IMG/VR virus record: IMGVR_UViG_3300044724_000125
Location: 1 to 32,358 of that record
DNA: 32,358 bases
Reading direction: 5' to 3' (one strand)
Origin: a virus
Lineage: Duplodnaviria > Caudoviricetes
The translations under genes and the position numbers were made by a program. A model generated the notes under the pieces. That model was not told the DNA's origin and ran no database searches. It worked only from the letters and a program-made list of their open reading frames with translations. Positions 15,564 to 25,000 of the stretch are shown piece after piece. Each line of letters opens with the position of its first letter. Position 1 is the stretch's first letter.

Positions 15564-16540
15564 GCTTATTAGACACAAGAGATTACTACAAACCATTCGA
15601 CAATCCTTGGATGTTTGACTACTATGTCTTACAAAACCAAATGCATTGGATGCCGGAGTCAGTACCTTTACACACCGATGTTAAAGACTGGCAAGAGTTA
15701 GACTCAAAAGAAAAGAATTTACTGACACAAATCTTTAGATTGTTTACTCAATCAGATGTAGATGTTGGTGCAGGTTACGTTGATAGATACATGCGTATCT
15801 TTAGAAAGCCTGAAGCTAGAATGATGATGGGTTCGTTTGCAAACATGGAGTCTATCCATCAACATGCTTACAGCTTGTTACTTGATACAGTTGGTATGCC
15901 TGAGATAGAGTACAAAGCTTTTGCAGAGTATGAGGAGATGGCAGACAAACACGAGTACGTACATAAGATTAAAACAACTAAGTCTGATAAGAAAAGTATT
16001 GCAAAAACTTTAGCAGTCTATTCAGCTTTTACAGAAGGACTACAGTTATTCAGTAGCTTTGCAATCTTGTTAAACTTTCCAAGGTTCGGCAAGATGAAAG
16101 GTATGGGACAGATAGTTACTTACTCTATACGTGATGAGTCTATGCACGTTGAAGCTATGACTAAGTTGTTTAGAGAGTTTATCCAAGAGAACATAGAGAT
16201 ATGGACAGATGATTTTAAAGCAGAACTCTATGAGATTTGTAGACAGATGGTAACACTAGAAGATAAATTTTTAGACCTAGTGTTTGATATGGGAGACCTT
16301 GAAGGTCTTACCAAGAAAGATATGTATGCTTACAATAGATACATAGCTGATAGAAGATTGTTACAGCTTGGTCTTAAAACAAACTATGACCAGCGTGAGA
16401 ATCCTCTAGGGTGGTTAGATGAAGTGATGGGTGTTGAACATCAGAACTTCTTTGAAGGTCGTGCTACTTCTTATATGAAAGCAGGACTACGTGGTAGGCA
16501 AGACAAAGTAAGTTTTGCAAGGATTGGTGATGAGAACTAA
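15560..16540 (+). CDS. nrdB: class I ribonucleotide reductase beta subunit
   Basis: Ferritin-like ligands FTQSD, ESIH..AY (radical Tyr), EG..LFSSF, RDESMH; C-terminal NFFE.R.T.Y. Confidence 0.96.
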   Translation: MSLLDTRDYYKPFDNPWMFDYYVLQNQMHWMPESVPLHTDVKDWQELDSKEKNLLTQIFRLFTQSDVDVGAGYVDRYMRIFRKPEARMMMGSFANMESIHQHAYSLLLDTVGMPEIEYKAFAEYEEMADKHEYVHKIKTTKSDKKSIAKTLAVYSAFTEGLQLFSSFAILLNFPRFGKMKGMGQIVTYSIRDESMHVEAMTKLFREFIQENIEIWTDDFKAELYEICRQMVTLEDKFLDLVFDMGDLEGLTKKDMYAYNRYIADRRLLQLGLKTNYDQRENPLGWLDEVMGVEHQNFFEGRATSYMKAGLRGRQDKVSFARIGDEN

Positions 16541-16760
16541 ACGCACAGAAGCAAAGCTTGTAGGTTACAATTTGTTTTACGACTTGACAGGTAAACTGGT
16601 CACCGAAAGAACCAGCACAGATATAAAAGAACTTAAAAAGTTTTTTACACCTGAAGAATATAATACCCTAGCTACTGTAATCAGGGAGACTACAGCTAAA
16701 CTAGATAAAATTCACAATGAAGTTGAAGCTCATCTAAACGCTAGGATATTAAAAGATTAA
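16530..16760 (+). CDS. hypothetical protein, last gene of + arm; start likely ATG 16530
   Basis: AAGGA upstream; stop overlaps the convergent gene's stop. Confidence 0.65.
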   Translation: MRTKRTEAKLVGYNLFYDLTGKLVTERTSTDIKELKKFFTPEEYNTLATVIRETTAKLDKIHNEVEAHLNARILKD

Positions 16761-17131
16761 AAAGAATACTTAAATTTAATTCCTTGATTATGATTACTTA
16801 AAACAAGTGCAAACTGCATACCGTTTATTACCCATAAATCTTTTGTTCTGTTTTTACTAGATGAATTATCAAGCGACTGATAGATTAAACTTAAGCCCAC
16901 TACTTTTAGTAAGATAATTTCTTCAATTTTTGGTTCTTTACCAAATAAAGGATTTATCTCTTCAAACCTACAAAAGTTTTGTCTTTGACATCTAATGACA
17001 TCATAAGTTTGTAACACATCATAAGTTTGTAAACCTATTTGCCAATGCCATAACTTTTGCTCTGTCTCTGACCAATCAGAAAAAGCTGCAAAACTAGGTA
17101 TACTAAATAACAGTAGTAATAAGTATTTCAT
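16757..17131 (-). CDS. exported/membrane protein (signal peptide)
   Basis: MKYLLLLLFSIPSFA signal; D..QT...E.NPL.G motif; C-terminal Phe. Confidence 0.7.
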   Translation of the reverse strand: MKYLLLLLFSIPSFAAFSDWSETEQKLWHWQIGLQTYDVLQTYDVIRCQRQNFCRFEEINPLFGKEPKIEEIILLKVVGLSLIYQSLDNSSSKNRTKDLWVINGMQFALVLSNHNQGIKFKYSF

Positions 17132-17134
17132 TAC

Positions 17135-17491
17135 TTACCCAGCTAAAGGATTCTTATTTTCTTCTTTAAATATTTTGATATCAGTCTTAACACTTTCGAT
17201 ATCAGCTTTCATACCTGACATATCAGACCTGATAGACTCGAGGTTATTAATCTTAAGTAAAATAGTTTCATCAATAGTTTTATTAATATATTCTACGGAT
17301 GTTTCTAACGCTTCAATCCTATTGATAACCTCATCAACTCCTTGCTCAGTTTCTTTAGCTTGTCTAGCTTTAGTTTCTAAGTTCTCAATTCTATTGACAT
17401 AGGTTGCCCCAGTGTATCCAAATCCGGCTAGTGTTCCTATGATACCAGCCAATGCAATAAACTGTGTTGTTTTATTTTGTAACCAATCCAT
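17135..17491 (-). CDS. N-terminally anchored coiled-coil protein (i-spanin-like architecture)
   Basis: One TM helix then long heptad coiled coil; GGAG RBS. Confidence 0.65.
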   Translation of the reverse strand: MDWLQNKTTQFIALAGIIGTLAGFGYTGATYVNRIENLETKARQAKETEQGVDEVINRIEALETSVEYINKTIDETILLKINNLESIRSDMSGMKADIESVKTDIKIFKEENKNPLAG

Positions 17492-17500
17492 AATCTTCTC

Positions 17501-19465
17501 CTATAATTTTGGTTGTAGTTCTCTCATTTCAATCAGTGTTTCTAAACTCTGACCTGCCATCTGATAAAAGCCTTCGATGTTATCTGACAACATATTGTTG
17601 GCATAGATATCTGTAGACTCGTACCATGTTTCTTGGTCGGGCAATGTTACTAACCTATAGTTATTAAAGTTAGGAACAAACCCCATGTAAGCTATGATAG
17701 TATTCTCTGACCCATACTCACCCGTCTCTTCTTGTTTAGCTTCAACATCATCTTGTGCATCTTGTAAGTTCTGAGCTATGACATTAGCTACAGTTTGTTC
17801 AGCTTCTGTGGCTGATGTATCTGTAGAGACTGACACATCTATTTGACTTTGTAAAGTTTGAGTAGTGGTTGTATCAACTGCGACACTAACTGTTTCAACT
17901 GTCTCAGCTTCAACACTTGTAGAGCTTGTAACACTAGCACTCATATCTAACACTTGATTGTTTTGTGCAGTAGAAGATGCAAATTGTTCTGATATACTAG
18001 GTGAGTTACTGGTACTTACACCACCACCAGAATTAGACGATGATACGCTAGAAACTCCTGTCGTTCCACCTGTAGCGTGTATAGAGTTTCCTGATGTAGT
18101 CCCACTAACACTAGACTTAGCTGTGCTTAGAGTAGACGAGACAACACGTAACGCTGTTTCTTTACTTATTGAACTCTTTTCTTCTGGTAGTACAGCACCA
18201 ACAACAACCTCTTCTTCTATTACCTCTTCTATAACCTCTTCTTCTTCAACGAGTTCTTCAATAAGTTCTTCTTCCGGCTCTTCTGCATACGCAAGTTCTT
18301 CTTCCACAATTGTCTCTTCCTCAAACCACTCCTCCACTTCTTCAATAAATGTTTCTTGAAATACAAACTCCTCAATCATTAACTCTTCAATTGGTATAAA
18401 GACTTCTTCTTCACGTATAAACGGAAGAGGTTCTACAAATTCTTCAAGTGGTTGAAACTGTTCAAAGATTATCTCTTCTTCAAACACGTATTCAGGTTCT
18501 TCAAAAGTATCATACTCAGGTTCAAAGATATACTCTTCAAATATTTCTGGCTCTTCGAAAGTGTCATACATGTCATACTCTTCATAACCATAGTTAAACA
18601 GTTCTTCTTCGTATCCGTAGTCAAAGTATTCTTCTTCTTGATAGTAGCCTATGTCTTCTTCTTGTCGATAGCCTTGACAAAATGGTCCATACTGTGGGTC
18701 AAGGTCACATTGAAAATCATCATATGCTTCCCAATACCCTGCACAGCTTACATCGTTGAGTGCATTACTACAATCAATACCACCCTTTGTACTATACAAC
18801 GAACCACCATCTTCTAAGTTTTGATTTTTATCTGAGTTATTCCAATCATAGTTGTAACAAGATGATGTATTCGTAGAGCCTGTGTTACATTCATCGTGGT
18901 AGTAATAGGTGTATATCTCATCAGACTTACCTTGCTCACCAATTAAAACATCGTGCTGAATAATATCTAACTTACCATATCTAAACTCATAAGAGTCATT
19001 AGTCCAAAGTATTACTTCAAAGCTGTTATCAGATGCACGATTGTATTCACGCATATCATACCAACCGAAGACTGCTTTATCACTAAAGTTTTTTGCTAAC
19101 ATTTTAGAGTTGTTATCTCTAATGAGGTCAGTCCAGAATGGAAAGAGTGTATAGTTGTATTGTGGAAGTGGGTCAGGTGTATAGTCACCACAGTAATTAT
19201 TATAGTTTATATTACCTGTACCCAAACCAAAGTGAAGACATCCATTTGTAGCCATACGAGCAGATGTAAAAGAGTCTCCATAAAAATCAAATGTAAAATC
19301 TAAATTAAATGCAGACGAAAGCTGGTCGTCTCCAGAGTTTAGATTGGTTGTATTTGATTCGTTTGTGAGGTCTACTAAAGACTGATTGCCTTCATAGATA
19401 TACTGACTAAAGACATTAATACTTAAGAGACACGCTACTGCGTAGCATAGAATTCTTTTTTGCAT
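17501..19465 (-). CDS. exported protein: nidogen(NIDO)-like domain, Cys motifs, Glu-rich and Ser/Thr-rich regions
   Basis: Signal peptide; GDD......L.F.F.FYG..F.....TNG...F and PFWTDL; long Glu-rich tract. Confidence 0.7.
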   Translation of the reverse strand: MQKRILCYAVACLLSINVFSQYIYEGNQSLVDLTNESNTTNLNSGDDQLSSAFNLDFTFDFYGDSFTSARMATNGCLHFGLGTGNINYNNYCGDYTPDPLPQYNYTLFPFWTDLIRDNNSKMLAKNFSDKAVFGWYDMREYNRASDNSFEVILWTNDSYEFRYGKLDIIQHDVLIGEQGKSDEIYTYYYHDECNTGSTNTSSCYNYDWNNSDKNQNLEDGGSLYSTKGGIDCSNALNDVSCAGYWEAYDDFQCDLDPQYGPFCQGYRQEEDIGYYQEEEYFDYGYEEELFNYGYEEYDMYDTFEEPEIFEEYIFEPEYDTFEEPEYVFEEEIIFEQFQPLEEFVEPLPFIREEEVFIPIEELMIEEFVFQETFIEEVEEWFEEETIVEEELAYAEEPEEELIEELVEEEEVIEEVIEEEVVVGAVLPEEKSSISKETALRVVSSTLSTAKSSVSGTTSGNSIHATGGTTGVSSVSSSNSGGGVSTSNSPSISEQFASSTAQNNQVLDMSASVTSSTSVEAETVETVSVAVDTTTTQTLQSQIDVSVSTDTSATEAEQTVANVIAQNLQDAQDDVEAKQEETGEYGSENTIIAYMGFVPNFNNYRLVTLPDQETWYESTDIYANNMLSDNIEGFYQMAGQSLETLIEMRELQPKL

Positions 19466-20514
19466 TGCCTTTTAGTTTTAGTTTTAGTTGTATAAATAAC
19501 TTTGACTGCCCCAACAACATCTTTGTTTATCTTGTCTCTGTTAGGATTTCTGTCGTGTGTGCATTGCTTTATAAAAAGTTTTTCTTGTTCTTTAGCATCG
19601 GGTCTTTTAGATTTGTTTTCTGCCCAAGCTTTAGTTGCTTCTTTACCTATCTGACCTTGGTAAGGGCAAGGAGTACCAGCCATTTCCATAGCCTTAAATA
19701 CTCTCGGGTCTTGACAAAGTATAGATACTGAAGCCACTTTCATACCGGTATCATATAGATACTTGGAAAGTTTTAAGCGTTCACAGTTCTCGTCAGTTAC
19801 AGTTGCTCCTGTAGAGAACCCAAATACTTGCCCTTGAAAAGCACCAGAACGACCTACAGTACAGAGGTCTTGTGAGTAAGACATAATACTAGGTGCTATA
19901 GCAGAAGCAGGAGGTGCTTTGCTTTTTACGTTCTGGTTGATTGTTTGAGTAGAGTTGGACTCGTTAATATTTCTGTTAGTGTTATCAGACTTGGTATTGT
20001 TATTATTGGTATTAGTATTGTCAGTAGTAACATTAGAGTCTGAAGTCGATGTATTAACGTTAGTATTGTTATTAGTATTTGTATTGTTACTAGTAGAATT
20101 ACTGTTGTTATTTACGTTTTGATTTACTGTAGAGTTTACAGTAGAGTTAGATGTAGACGTAGATGTGTTGACGTTGTTATTATTGTTAGTATTTGTCGAA
20201 GTGTTATTTGATGTCGAAGTATTTACATTAGTATTATTTGAAGTATTAACATTAGTATTATTATTAGTGTTAGTATTTACATTTGTATTGTTATTAGTAT
20301 TGGTGTTTGTATTTGTGTTAGTGTTTGTATTATTATTGGTGTTAGTATTTGTAGTCACGGTAGTATTAATGGTAGTTAAACCATTGTCTTCACAATACTG
20401 TGTACCGGCTGTACAATCACCAACGGGGTCTGCTTGTACACCAAACGAAAACGCTAGTAATCCTAATATAAATATTGGTCCTAAAAAATCTTGGTTCAGC
20501 CCTCTCCTTGTCAT
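19435..20514 (-). CDS. exported protein with Asn/Thr repeats and Cys-rich C-terminal domain
   Basis: Signal peptide ending VQA; ~150 aa of NTN repeats; APS...DLC...D.NCERLKL...LCQD.RV..AM..AGTPCP. Confidence 0.8.
   Translation of the reverse strand: MTRRGLNQDFLGPIFILGLLAFSFGVQADPVGDCTAGTQYCEDNGLTTINTTVTTNTNTNNNTNTNTNTNTNTNNNTNVNTNTNNNTNVNTSNNTNVNTSTSNNTSTNTNNNNNVNTSTSTSNSTVNSTVNQNVNNNSNSTSNNTNTNNNTNVNTSTSDSNVTTDNTNTNNNNTKSDNTNRNINESNSTQTINQNVKSKAPPASAIAPSIMSYSQDLCTVGRSGAFQGQVFGFSTGATVTDENCERLKLSKYLYDTGMKVASVSILCQDPRVFKAMEMAGTPCPYQGQIGKEATKAWAENKSKRPDAKEQEKLFIKQCTHDRNPNRDKINKDVVGAVKVIYTTKTKTKRQCKKEFYATQ
19930..20375 (-). repeat. low-complexity coding repeat (Asn/Thr)
   Basis: Imperfect GTATT/GTGTT-rich repeats on + strand encoding NTNTNNN/NTNVNT. 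Confidence 0.9.
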
Positions 20515-20516
20515 TT

Positions 20517-20915
20517 TTATTTAGCTCCTTTTGTAAAGTCTCCTTTAGACTTAGATGAATTTGTATATAGACCAAACCAAGCTGCTCCTGCCCCTACGAC
20601 TACTGATATTAACCCTGATTGTTGCATGGTAGGGTCTTCTAATTCCATGAACCAAAAGGTTGTATAGTATAACAAATACATATACACACTTAAAAAAGCT
20701 CTTGGAATAATTCTCCAGCTATCTACAGCTTGAGCAACAAAGATAAGTTTTTGATAAGGGTTATCATTTTTAATATCTTCTAGTTCTCTTATACGTTCTT
20801 TGAGTTCTGACTTCTCTTGAAGCAAAGCCATGAATTTTTGTAGGTCAATCTCGACCTCATTCCTGTCCATGTCTCCACTAAAACCACCATGAGGTGGGTA
20901 CCCTCCATTACTCAT
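20517..20915 (-). CDS. membrane protein, two TM helices (holin-like)
   Basis: Coiled coil, then D.WRIIPR...YY..FWFM and GL.SVVVGAGAAWFGLY. Confidence 0.65.
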   Translation of the reverse strand: MSNGGYPPHGGFSGDMDRNEVEIDLQKFMALLQEKSELKERIRELEDIKNDNPYQKLIFVAQAVDSWRIIPRAFLSVYMYLLYYTTFWFMELEDPTMQQSGLISVVVGAGAAWFGLYTNSSKSKGDFTKGAK

Positions 20916-20924
20916 TTTCTTATC

Positions 20925-21356
20925 CTATTTTTTAACTAGGCTGCCACCAAAGTACATACCTATAATTGCTGATACAAGGTTTGTATCTAGTTGTGTAATT
21001 ACTAAACCTTGAAAAGTTATCCATTCAAACACTTCTCTACCATCTGTAAAGAATAAAAATCCCGGTTGAAATAATGTATACCCTACGGTTACATCAACAT
21101 CAGGATAATATACTGCTACTAGTTTAGGTAGTATAACGATTGCAAAGATTGACGAGAGTGCAATGATACGTCTTGTCCATTGAAATCCTGCGTTATCTAC
21201 ATTCCGTGCAGCATCTACAGCTTTAAGTTGAAACTCACCACGAGTAATCAACATCTTCTGCTCATCTTGTTTAGCTTTTAATCTTTGTGACCATAGGCTT
21301 AATAAACTACTAATTAAAGTAGAACCAAGCATGGTTATAATCTCAAATGGAAACAT
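20925..21356 (-). CDS. putative holin (about three TM segments)
   Basis: Hydrophobic helices, W.RR motif, C-terminal IIGMYFG; two genes downstream of lysozyme. Confidence 0.6.
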   Translation of the reverse strand: MFPFEIITMLGSTLISSLLSLWSQRLKAKQDEQKMLITRGEFQLKAVDAARNVDNAGFQWTRRIIALSSIFAIVILPKLVAVYYPDVDVTVGYTLFQPGFLFFTDGREVFEWITFQGLVITQLDTNLVSAIIGMYFGGSLVKK

Positions 21357-21357
21357 A

Positions 21358-21591
21358 TTAATCTAGTGTTAAAGTTGATTCAAGTAATTCGTTTACAGAG
21401 TCTATTAAATACTCAGGTATATCTTCAGCAAAAACATTACCTTTATTGTGTGCTAACATATAAGCTTCTAATAATCCTTCGTACATAGGACGAAATTGTT
21501 CTCGTAAAAGCCAAGGATGATTAAGAGTTGTTCTTGCTTTACAGTCTATTCGATACGCAACATCTAATTGCTTTTCTGTATAAAGTAACAT
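21358..21591 (-). CDS. hypothetical protein (77 aa)
   Basis: TAATG-coupled to lysozyme gene. Confidence 0.7.
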   Translation of the reverse strand: MLLYTEKQLDVAYRIDCKARTTLNHPWLLREQFRPMYEGLLEAYMLAHNKGNVFAEDIPEYLIDSVNELLESTLTLD

Positions 21592-22040
21592 TATTGGTCA
21601 AGGACAACCTGCTGTAGCTCAATGCTACGTCTACCTACTTGATTAAACCATCGACTGTTTTGCATTTCTGCAGCCATTCTATTCCAATCATGTTCTCTAC
21701 AAGCCTGTAACATATTTCTAAACTTTGAAAGTCTTGAACCACCTAAGTTAAAACACATATTAACTAACACGTGCTGTATTTTTTCAGGTAGTTTATAAAA
21801 AGCTTCCTTGTCTCCAAAGACATGTATAGCTTCTGCATAATGCTTATCAAAGTCTATCGTATAGTATCTATCTACCACTGATTGTGATACAGATGTACCA
21901 ACTTCCCAAGAATATTCTGGGTCATTTGGTTGACATAGGTGACCAACTCCTAGAGTCTTATAACCTAAACTGTCGTTATAGATTTCTAGGACTTCGCCCT
22001 CGTGTCGTTTAATTTCTGCTTTGCATAGTTCAATATTCAT
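21591..22040 (-). CDS. T4-type lysozyme (GH24) endolysin
   Basis: E-x8-D-x5-T triad (HEGEVLEIYNDSLGYKT), G.GHL, NMCFNLG, SRW..QV.RR. Confidence 0.92.
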   Translation of the reverse strand: MNIELCKAEIKRHEGEVLEIYNDSLGYKTLGVGHLCQPNDPEYSWEVGTSVSQSVVDRYYTIDFDKHYAEAIHVFGDKEAFYKLPEKIQHVLVNMCFNLGGSRLSKFRNMLQACREHDWNRMAAEMQNSRWFNQVGRRSIELQQVVLDQ

Positions 22041-22041
22041 C

Positions 22042-25000
22042 TTACAATCCTAATTTTTTCATTTGTTCAGCATAACTTAGTCCACCTAAGTCATCGCTTT
22101 CTCGTTCTTTAGGGTCTAACTTAACAAAAGGTACTGGATAATCTTCACTAACCACTCCACCCTCTGCATAGTCTTCTCTTAAACTTTCTTTAATTTCTTC
22201 AATGTTTTCTTTTTGCATTTTATAATTATCAGGGTCAAAAATAACAGGAAGATTACTTAGTTTAGAATCAATAGATTGAATATCATACAAAACATCAATA
22301 TAATCGCTAGTGTTTTTTGCTTTGTCAAGAAGTTCTAATTTTAATGTTTCTGTTATTCCTAATGGACTATAAGTTTTATTTGTGGTAATAAAATTAATCA
22401 TGTCTGCTCGGCTCATTCCAGCTTCTTTGAGTAATCCGGTAGTATTTAAATTTAATTTATCAGCAGAGGCACTCATTTTTTGAAACTTTGCGTAGTCTTT
22501 GTAGTATAATAAATTTTCTTTTAAATATTTATTTGTAAAAGTATCTATATCTAACGCATCGCCTAAACCATCAAACAATCTTCTACGTCTTTTTCCTTTT
22601 TCTTTTAATAAATCATTAGCTTTATATGTATAAATATTTTCTAAATATTCTTTATTCATTGGCTGCATTCCGTAGCCTGTTAAAAACTTTATAAAAGATT
22701 GAACAGGATAAATGTCTTGGTCAAAAGCAGTTTGTTCTTTTCCAATTGTGTCTATCCAATCAGTTGCTCTTGTTACAGAACCCGGAGTTATAGACTCTAA
22801 CATATTTGCCATGAATATAGTTAGATTGTCTTTATTTGTAAGACGATAGGTTAAACTACCACTATCATCAAACCTCATAGTTTTGTCAAATGGATTACGT
22901 ATTAAGTTTCCATCTAAATCTCTACCACCTCTTAGAATAAAATTACTAATTTGTTCTTGAATAATTGATTCACCTAAAAACGGTGAAACCATTTCTGTTG
23001 TTAATGTTGTCAACACATCTTTAACAATTCCTTCTTCATCAACATCAGGGTCTGTTAAATTTTTATTAATTAAAACTTGTAATGGTTTTTTTGGAAAATC
23101 ATAAGCATCCCATGAGCTAAAGTTTCCTATCATAGGTGTGCCATCAGGTGCAACTGAGACAGTAACATTAGAGTTTCTCATATAATCAGGTAAAAAATCT
23201 TTTATAGCATCTAATGTATCGCTTCCAAGACCAGCTAATACTTTAGATGTTTCTTGTGCTGCTGTTGCTGTTCCTCCAGCAACTGCTGTAAATGCTCCAA
23301 GTCTAAGACTGCCTCTATCTCTAACTAGTTTTCCAGCTTCTTCAGCTCCATCTTTTATTAAAGCGTTACCAAATTTAACCTCATTAATTCCTCGTGTAAT
23401 ACTATTAGCAGATATTCTTACTGATTCTGCCATAAAAGAAAAAAATCGACCAAACATTGGCATTCTTCTTAAATCTTTTAAAAACTCAGGAACTAAATCA
23501 TAGTTAGGCAAAACATCTCTTGTTATTAAAGCTGCTTCGTCTTTTAATGTTTCTTCTGTAAATCTATAAAAATCAAATTTTGAATCCTTGGGTAATGCAT
23601 TATTAAATTTATTTAAATAATCTTGTTCTCTAATATACATGTTAACTTTAAAAAAATCATCTTGACCTATATATTTATTTTGAGCTTCTGCTGCTATTCC
23701 TTTTGGAGATGTAACTTGAAACTTACCTTTTTTAAAAGAATAATATGGTACTGGCATTTTATCTAATAGCCAATCAATCTTACCAACAACAGCTCCTTTT
23801 TTAATTTTAGATATGTCGCTTGATAAGCCTTGTAAGTCTCTTGCAATAACTCCTTTGTTTAACAAACCTCTACCAGAAAGTTCTTCATGAAATTTTTGCA
23901 ATTCAAAATCATTACTGGTTTTCGCATTTAAAAATTCTCTTACTCGTTTTGTCATTGCCACATCAAAAACATTAACACCATTTGCTAAAGACATTTGAAC
24001 TCCACCTGTCATATTTTTTACGTGTGTTGTATGACTCCAAACTGTTTTAGATGCTTGAGATAAACCTTTTAACAATAAAAGATTTCTATATATATTACCC
24101 CCAATACTTTCATTTTCTAATGTTTGAACACCAAATTTTTTATAGTCAGAAAAATATTGAAGTAAGTCAGGGCTAGTATATGTACCTGATAATTTACCAT
24201 AACCAGCAGGTATTTCGTCTTTAAAAATTCCTTCTGGTGTTTCTCTAAAATAAATTCCTAAACCATCATTATAAGCTGTATCATAAAATTTAGCATCTTC
24301 ATATAGCTTACTTAATTTTGTGGTTGAGTGTATAAGACTTTGTATAGGATTATCTATTTCACCCATTAAATTTCTTAAAACAGGGGGTATATCTTTTCTA
24401 CCTCTTAAAATACTTTTACGAATCATATCAAACTTTTCTAAGTTTGCTGTAAAATTATTAGAACTTATATTGTCTCTTAAAATTAAATTCATATCTGCAG
24501 CTACTTGAAGTTTTAATTCATCCGGAGATATGTTTGGATTTTGTTTTAATTTTTGTGCTGTAAAATAATCTTCGGCTTCTTTAAAAGCTTTTGGAGTAGG
24601 TACATAGTTAGGGTCTTCAAATAGTTTGTAAGACCTTCGTACATAAAAACCAAGACTATCATTATAAATTTTTCTTTGTGTTTCTGTTAGATAATCTGTT
24701 TCTAACATTTTAACACTCAAATCATCTTGTAAAGCTCTGAAAGCTCTAACTGGTTGTTGTAATTCTTTTGGAAGTTTTCGTAAAGCTTTTTCAAATTCAG
24801 GACCTTGCTGTGTTCCTAAACTTGTGCCTTTACTTGTAACAATTGTTGGACTTCGTCTGTCCCAAAATAAAACTCTACTTACATCATCTAATAAATCTTC
24901 TTTGTCTTTTCCAACTAACTCAACAATTTCATCAATATTAGATTCTAAATTAAATGCTATGTTGTTTATTTCATCTGACCATTTTTCTTTTAAGTTTTCT

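Noticed and set aside
20497-20514. Twin-arginine (Tat) signal in MTRRGLN
   Set aside because: Lacks the second hydrophobic residue of the S/T-R-R-x-F-L consensus; a Sec signal is the simpler reading
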